42,165 bases of DNA from Actinomycetes bacterium. Its GTDB lineage: Bacteria > Actinomycetota > Actinomycetes > Actinomycetales > Cellulomonadaceae. The position numbers were made by a program, and so were the translations under genes. This document shows, piece after piece, positions 36,744 through 42,165 of this stretch. Location: positions 1 to 42,165 of the forward strand of contig JAEWEJ010000422.1 in NCBI GenBank assembly GCA_023389455.1, in the 5' to 3' direction. Within the stretch, counting starts at the first letter, position 1; every line of letters starts with the position of its first letter. Below the pieces are notes generated by a model that was not told the DNA's origin, did not search any database, and saw only the letters and a list, made by a program, of their open reading frames with translations.

Positions 36744-37562
36744 TCAGGCGCGGGCCAGGACCTCGCCGTGCGGGACCATGAACCAGCCGTCGGGCGAGGT
36801 GCCCCACTCGCGCCACGCGTCGGCGAGCAGCTCGAGGGCCACCTCGTCGGCGAGGCGGTGGTCCATCGCCTGGACCGCGAAGTTCGAGGCGACGCAGCGG
36901 TCGGCCCACAGGCCGGCCCACCAGGTCCGGTCCTCCGGGGTGGCGTAGCACCACACGCCGGCACCGGGGGCGATGCCCGCGGCGTCGAACCCGGCCTGGC
37001 GCACCCACGACAGCAGGCGACGCCCGGCGTCGGCCTCGGCACCGTTGGCCTGCGTCACCTCGTGGTAGAGCTCCTGCCACTCGTCGAGGCCGGGGTGGGC
37101 GGGGTACCAGGTCATGCCCGCGTAGTCGGCGTCGCGGACGGCGACGACGCCACCGGGGCGCGTCACGCGCTTCATCTCGCGCAGCGCGGCGACGGGGTCC
37201 GTCAGGTGCTGCAGCACCTGGTGCGCGTGCACGACGTCGAACGTGTCGTCCTCGAACTCCAGGGCGTACGCGTCACCGACCTCGAAGCGCACGTTCGCCG
37301 CACCCTGCTCCGCGGCGTGCTCGGTGGCCGCCTCGAGCACCGCGACGGACCGGTCGACGCCCACGACCTCGCCGGGCGCGACGCGCGAGGCGAGGTCGAC
37401 GGTGACGGTGCCCGGGCCGCACCCGACGTCGAGCAGCCGCTGGCCCGGCGCGAGCGCGGGCAGCAGGTACCCGGCGGAGTTCGCCGCCGTGCGCCACCGG
37501 TGCGAGCGCAGCACGCTCTCGTGGTGGCCGTGCGTGTAGACGTCCGAGGGCCGCGTGGTCAC
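36744..37562 (-). CDS. Class I SAM-dependent methyltransferase (UbiE-like)
   Basis: YTHGHHESVLRSHRWRTAANSA, LLDVGCGPGTVT and HAHQVLQHL. Confidence 0.92.
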   Translation of the reverse strand: MTTRPSDVYTHGHHESVLRSHRWRTAANSAGYLLPALAPGQRLLDVGCGPGTVTVDLASRVAPGEVVGVDRSVAVLEAATEHAAEQGAANVRFEVGDAYALEFEDDTFDVVHAHQVLQHLTDPVAALREMKRVTRPGGVVAVRDADYAGMTWYPAHPGLDEWQELYHEVTQANGAEADAGRRLLSWVRQAGFDAAGIAPGAGVWCYATPEDRTWWAGLWADRCVASNFAVQAMDHRLADEVALELLADAWREWGTSPDGWFMVPHGEVLARA

Positions 37563-37674
37563 ACGGGCACTGTAGGCGCGGTCGTACCGATTCGACCAAC
37601 ACGCGGAACGGATGAGGTCACATGGTGAGAACGGCGCGCGGGCCGCCTCGCGTCGCCCCGCATAGCATGCGCAG

Positions 37675-38805
37675 GTGCGACGCATCGTGGGGGTGGACAC
37701 GGCCCGAGGGGTCGCCGTGCTCGGCATGGTGACCGCGCACGTCGGCCCGGGCGACGAGTGGCGCACCGTGCCGCCCGGGGGGTGGGCGCAGCTCGCCGAC
37801 GGCCGGCCGTCCGCCCTCTTCGTGCTCCTCGCCGGGGTGGGGCTCGCCCTGCTGTCCGGCGGCGCCGACCCCGTGGACGGCACGCGCCTGGTCCAGGCGC
37901 GCCTGCGGATCCTCGTGCGTGCCGCGCTGCTCGTGGTCCTCGGGACAGCGCTCGTCCTGCTCGACACGCCCGTCGTCGTCATCCTCGTCGTGTACGCGGG
38001 CCTGTTCGCCGCGGGCGTCGCCGTGCTGCGGTGGCCGCGCTGGGCGCTGGTGGTCGCCGCGACCCTGGTCGCGCTGGTCGGGCCGGTGGTGCAGCAGTGG
38101 GCGGCGGCACGCGTCACGGTGGCCGACGCCCGGCCACTCGACCTCGTGAGCGTGCTGGTCGGGCACTACTACCCCGCGCTGGTCTGGATCGCGTACGTGC
38201 TGGTGGGGCTCGCGGTGGGCCGCAGCGACCTGCGGGCCGGGCGCACGCACGCCGCGCTGGCGATCTGGGGGGCGGCGCTGGTCGTCGTCGGCCACGGCGG
38301 CGCGTGGGCCGCCCGCCTGCTGCTGGGCGAGGTGACCGAGCTGACCACCGCCGAGCCGCACTCCTCGACGTTCTTCGAGGTCGCCGGGAACACCGGCACG
38401 TCGCTGCTCGTGCTGGCGGCCTGCCTGGCCGTGGGCGTGCGGTGGCCGCGCGCGCTCGCCCCGGTCTCGGCCACCGGCGCCCTGGCGCTCACCGCGTACA
38501 CCGGTCAGCTGCTGACCATCGCGGTGCTGGGCGACGAGGTCGTGTGGCAGCCGAGCACGGCCGGGTGGCTCGTGTTCCTGGGCGTCACGGTCGGGCTGTG
38601 CTGGCTGTGGCGCGCCACGCTGGGCCGCGGGCCGCTGGAGCTGCTGCTGCACGTCGTGTCCGTGCGCGCGGCGGACGTCTCCCCCGACCTCCTGCCACCG
38701 CGTCGCGGGCCCGCGACGACGGGCTCACCCACAGGCCCCGGCACGGCGCGGTCCGCCCCGCCGGACGTCGCGGCGGACCCGCGACCCGCCGCGCTCCCGG
38801 ACTGA
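37675..38805 (+). CDS. DUF418 / HGSNAT-like polytopic membrane protein
   Basis: RIVGVDTARGVAVLGM, GRPSALFVLLAGV, GALALTAY and GRGPLE. Confidence 0.85.
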   Translation: MRRIVGVDTARGVAVLGMVTAHVGPGDEWRTVPPGGWAQLADGRPSALFVLLAGVGLALLSGGADPVDGTRLVQARLRILVRAALLVVLGTALVLLDTPVVVILVVYAGLFAAGVAVLRWPRWALVVAATLVALVGPVVQQWAAARVTVADARPLDLVSVLVGHYYPALVWIAYVLVGLAVGRSDLRAGRTHAALAIWGAALVVVGHGGAWAARLLLGEVTELTTAEPHSSTFFEVAGNTGTSLLVLAACLAVGVRWPRALAPVSATGALALTAYTGQLLTIAVLGDEVVWQPSTAGWLVFLGVTVGLCWLWRATLGRGPLELLLHVVSVRAADVSPDLLPPRRGPATTGSPTGPGTARSAPPDVAADPRPAALPD

Positions 38806-38821
38806 GCCCTCGACCGGCACC

Positions 38822-39589
38822 TCAGAGCGGGTCGAGGATCCGGCGCAGGAACCGCTTCGTGCGCTCCTCGCGCGGGTCGCCCAGCACGTCGCCCGGACGC
38901 CCCTCCTCGACGACGACCCCGCCGTCCATGAAGACGACGTGGTCGGCGACCTGCCGCGCGAACCGGACCTCGTGGGTGACGACGACCATCGTCCAGCCCT
39001 CGGCCGCCAGGTCCCGCATGACCGTCAGCACCTCCCCCACCGTCTCGGGGTCGAGCGCCGACGTCGGCTCGTCGAACAGCAGCAGCCGCGGCTGCAGCGC
39101 CAGCGCGCGGGCGATCCCGACGCGCTGCTGCTGACCGCCCGACAGCTCGTGCGGGTAGGCGCCGGCCTTGTCGGACAGGCCCACCTTGGCGAGCAGGGAC
39201 GTCGCCAGCGCGTTGACCTCGGCCACGGGCCGCCGCTGCCCGTGGATCGGTCCCTCGGTGACGTTCTGCAGGGCCGTGCGGTGCCCGAAGAGCTCGTGCG
39301 ACTGGAAGACCATGCCGGACGTGGCCCGCAGCCGGCGCAGGTCCGCCGCGGACGGCCGCCGCGCGAAGTCGATCGTCACGTCGTCGATCCGCACGGTGCC
39401 GGCCTGCGGCACCTCGAGGGAGTTGAGGCAGCGCAGGAGGGTCGTCTTGCCGGAGCCCGAGGGCCCGAGCAGGACGGTCACGCTGCCGCGGCCCACGGTC
39501 AGGTCGATGCCCCGGAGCACCTCCAGGGCCCCGAAGGCCTTGGTCAGGCCCCGGACCTCGACCAGGGGGCGGGTGTCGTCGCTCGTCAT
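38822..39589 (-). CDS. Polar amino acid ABC transporter ATP-binding protein
   Basis: [35 protein letters not shown] and VTHE. Confidence 0.96.
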   Translation of the reverse strand: MTSDDTRPLVEVRGLTKAFGALEVLRGIDLTVGRGSVTVLLGPSGSGKTTLLRCLNSLEVPQAGTVRIDDVTIDFARRPSAADLRRLRATSGMVFQSHELFGHRTALQNVTEGPIHGQRRPVAEVNALATSLLAKVGLSDKAGAYPHELSGGQQQRVGIARALALQPRLLLFDEPTSALDPETVGEVLTVMRDLAAEGWTMVVVTHEVRFARQVADHVVFMDGGVVVEEGRPGDVLGDPREERTKRFLRRILDPL

Positions 39590-39614
39590 CGCGTCTCCTC
39601 GCGTGCCGGCCGGC

Positions 39615-40283
39615 TCATCGCGCCACGAACCGGTCGAGCCGGCGCTCGAGACGGCCCTGCAGGGTCGACAGCACCAGGCAGATGAGCCAGTAGATCACCG
39701 CTGCCAGCGAGTACAGCGTCATGAACTCGTACGTCGGCGCCGCGATCTCCTGCGCCTTGCGCAGCAGCTCGGTCACCAGGATCGTCGAGGCCAGCGACGT
39801 GTCCTTCACCAGCGAGATGAAGGTGTTGGACAGCGGCGGGACGGCCACGCGGACCGCCTGCGGCAGCACGACGCGACGCAGCGTCGTCGTGTGGTCCATG
39901 CCGACCGTCGCGGCTGCCTCCCACTGGCCCTTGGGCACCGAGAGGATCGCGGCGCGGATCGTCTCCGCCGCGTAGCCGCCCACGTTCAGCGAGAACGCGA
40001 CGACCGCCGACGGGAACGGGTCGATGACCAGACCCAGCGACGGCAGCGCGTAGAAGATGATGAACAGCTGCACGAGCAGGGGCGTGCCGCGGATCAGCGA
40101 GATGTACCCGCGCGCGATCCCCGACACCACGCGCCGCCGGGACAGCCGCGCGAGCGCGACGACGAGCGCGATGACGAGCCCGACGGCGAACGAGATGAGC
40201 GTCAGCGGGATGGTGCCCCGGATCGCGCCCGACAGCAGCGGGCCGATCGAGGACAGCACGAGGTCCCAGGTGTCCCCGGTCAT
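39615..40283 (-). CDS. Polar amino acid ABC transporter permease (cystine-type, YecS/TcyB-like)
   Basis: [38 protein letters not shown] and LVKDTSLAS. Confidence 0.95.
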   Translation of the reverse strand: MTGDTWDLVLSSIGPLLSGAIRGTIPLTLISFAVGLVIALVVALARLSRRRVVSGIARGYISLIRGTPLLVQLFIIFYALPSLGLVIDPFPSAVVAFSLNVGGYAAETIRAAILSVPKGQWEAAATVGMDHTTTLRRVVLPQAVRVAVPPLSNTFISLVKDTSLASTILVTELLRKAQEIAAPTYEFMTLYSLAAVIYWLICLVLSTLQGRLERRLDRFVAR

Positions 40284-40318
40284 GCCGGCTCCCCCCGCCG
40301 TGCCGGCTCCCCCCGCCG
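40283..40318. repeat. Exact 18-bp tandem duplication covering the permease RBS
   Basis: tgccggctccccccgccg at 40283-40300 and 40301-40318. Confidence 0.9.
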
Positions 40319-40326
40319 GGACGTCC

Positions 40327-41109
40327 TCACTGCGAGACGTCCTGGCCGAACCACGTCTCGGAGATCTCGGCGAGCGTGCCGTCGGCCCGCAGCGTGGCCA
40401 GCGCCTCGTCGATCCGGGCGGTGAGGTCGGAGCCCTTGCGCAGCGCGAACGCCTGCTCGACCGTGTCGCCGGTCTCGAACGCGATCCGCACCGACGTGTC
40501 CCCGGACTGCTTGAGGTAGTCGAGCACCGCCAGGTCGTCGTTGAACGTCACGTCCACGCGACCCTGCTTCAGCAGCGCGACCGCCTGGGTCAGCCCCTCG
40601 ACGGCCTCCACCTTCGCGCCCGCGTCCGCCGCGATCTGGGACCAGTTCGAGGTCGCCGACTGCGCGGCGGTCAGGCCGGCCACGTCGGCGAGGGACGCGA
40701 CCGGGCTGCCCTCGGCGACGACGGCGACCCCGGTCGACACGGTGTACGGCGCGCTGAAGTCGTACTTCGCCCGCCGCTCGTCGTTGACGGTCACCTGGTT
40801 GGCGATCACGTCGTACCGCTCGGCCTCCAGGCCGGCGAAGATCGAGTCCCACGTGGTCTCGGAGAACTCGACGTCCATCCCGAGCTCCTCGGCGACGGCC
40901 GTCACCACCTCCACGTCGTACCCGGTCAGCTCGCCGGAGGAGTCGTGGAAGCTGAAGGGCGAGTACGTGCCCTCGGTGCCGACCCGCAGCACCTGCGACC
41001 CGCCGCTGCCGTCGGCAGCCGGGTCCGACCCACCCGAGGAGCACGCCGCCAGCGCGCCGACGGCCAGGACGAGGGGCAGGACGAGCAGACGGTGCGACGT
41101 GCGGGACAT
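40327..41109 (-). CDS. Amino acid ABC transporter substrate-binding lipoprotein (cystine-type, FliY/TcyA-like)
   Basis: Lipobox LAAC, GTEGTYSPFSF, WDSIFAGL...RYDVIANQV, QSATSNW and GRVDVTFND. Confidence 0.93.
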   Translation of the reverse strand: MSRTSHRLLVLPLVLAVGALAACSSGGSDPAADGSGGSQVLRVGTEGTYSPFSFHDSSGELTGYDVEVVTAVAEELGMDVEFSETTWDSIFAGLEAERYDVIANQVTVNDERRAKYDFSAPYTVSTGVAVVAEGSPVASLADVAGLTAAQSATSNWSQIAADAGAKVEAVEGLTQAVALLKQGRVDVTFNDDLAVLDYLKQSGDTSVRIAFETGDTVEQAFALRKGSDLTARIDEALATLRADGTLAEISETWFGQDVSQ

Positions 41110-41254
41110 GGGGGGGACCTTCCGGGTGGGAGGCGGCGACGGGGCGACGCCCGGGGGTGCGGCGAGGAGCGGCCGGGATGCGGCGGGATCGACGCGGGTG
41201 CGTCGGGACGACCGGTGAGGGTCGGGGACCTGCGTCCGTGCTGGCGAGGAGACC

Positions 41255-41317
41255 TCAGCGACAGCGACAGCGACAACGACACGCGGCAGCGAGGGCGCTG
41301 CGGGGGGCCGTGGTCAT
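41255..41317 (-). CDS. Cys-rich leader peptide MTTAPRSALAAACRCRCRCR (putative cysteine attenuator)
   Basis: ATG at 41317, 6 nt after TAGGGT (-10); ends TGT CGT TGT CGC TGT CGC TGT CGC TGA; 145 nt upstream of the cystine-type SBP gene. Confidence 0.8.
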   Translation of the reverse strand: MTTAPRSALAAACRCRCRCR

Positions 41318-41358
41318 GCGGGGACCCTAGCACCGGGCGACCCCGGCGCCGGGTCACG

Positions 41359-42003
41359 TCACGGCCAGACGAGCGATCGCGACCAGCCGTCCCCCGTGCT
41401 GCGGTAGACGACCCGGACGTGCGCGCGGTCGCTGCTGCCCTGCCAGAACTCCATGACGTCCGGCACGACCAGCCAGGCCTGCCAGGTGCCCAGCACGAAC
41501 GCCGGGTCCCCGTCGATCCGCGCCCGCGAGCGCGCCACGGCGTCGCGCAGGTCGGTGACGGACGCGAGCTCCCGCCCGGGCCGCACGCCGGCGGCGGCGG
41601 CCCGGGACGCAGGTGACCGGGCGAGGTAGTCCTGCGCGGAGGCGTCCTCGCCGAGGTACCGGGCGCTGCCGACCACCCGCACCTGGCGCACCAGCGGCTG
41701 CCACCAGAACCCGAGGGCCGCCTGCGGGTTCACCTCGAGGTCCGCCACCTTGGCGCTGCGGGAGTCCGTCGCGAACGCGAACCCGTCGGTGCTCACGTCC
41801 TTGAGCACGAGCACCCGGGACGACGGCTGACCGGCCACGTCGGCCGTCGCGAGCGTGGCGGCGTGCGGCTCGGGCACGCCGCTGCGCACCGCGGTGGTGA
41901 ACCAGTCGGCGAACAGCTCGAGCGGGTCGTCCGGGACGGCCTCCGGGTCGAACGACGGGGCTGTGCCGGAGAGGGCGGGCAGGGACCGGAGCATCTCGCG
42001 CAC
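41359..42003 (-). CDS. Pyridoxine/pyridoxamine 5'-phosphate oxidase-like protein (PdxH/PhzG family)
   Basis: DPLELFADWF, EPHAATLAT, PSSRVLVLK, RQVRVVG, EFWQG..DRAHVR and C-terminal LVWP. Confidence 0.88.
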   Translation of the reverse strand: MREMLRSLPALSGTAPSFDPEAVPDDPLELFADWFTTAVRSGVPEPHAATLATADVAGQPSSRVLVLKDVSTDGFAFATDSRSAKVADLEVNPQAALGFWWQPLVRQVRVVGSARYLGEDASAQDYLARSPASRAAAAGVRPGRELASVTDLRDAVARSRARIDGDPAFVLGTWQAWLVVPDVMEFWQGSSDRAHVRVVYRSTGDGWSRSLVWP

Positions 42004-42165
42004 GTCGCCACCCTGCCGGGCGCCCCGGGCCCCGGCAACCGCACGCGACCTACCCTGGGGGCGTGGACACCCGCCCCGCCCCCGCCGTCACGGTGCTCGA
42101 CGCGGCCCGCCGGCGGACGCGCGCCGAGGCCCACGCCGCCCGGGCGGACGCCCTCACCGCCGGCC

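Overview
Very high-GC actinobacterial chromosome segment. Gene content and order suggest a Cellulomonas-like Micrococcales organism (inference). It is mostly core genome: prfB (partial), a tandem Usp, a 7-gene Tad/Flp pilus operon, a serine hydrolase, aldose epimerase, an M15 peptidase, two CNNM/hemolysin genes, an OmpR-type two-component pair, kgd, a GlxA/AraC regulator, DUF4097-PadR, an orphan pilT, bL37, sigR(sigH)-rsrA, aroA-rsgA-hisN, gltX, a small alarmone synthetase, an Ala/Gly symporter, an FAH-family gene, methyltransferases, a cystine-type ABC transporter and a PdxH-like oxidase. I saw no mobile element, CRISPR array, tRNA or rRNA. The best signals are regulatory and absent from the ORF track: (1) a leaderless 20-aa leader peptide ending in (Cys-Arg)4, with all-TGT Cys codons, ahead of the ABC transporter; (2) a SigR/SigH-type promoter ahead of the (p)ppGpp small alarmone synthetase, and possibly bL37; (3) a two-promoter, two-isoform sigR architecture; (4) candidate operators (MtrA-like, PadR, GlxA) and G-quadruplex-type tracts around the symporter promoter. 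All calls were made by eye from motifs; no database searches were run.
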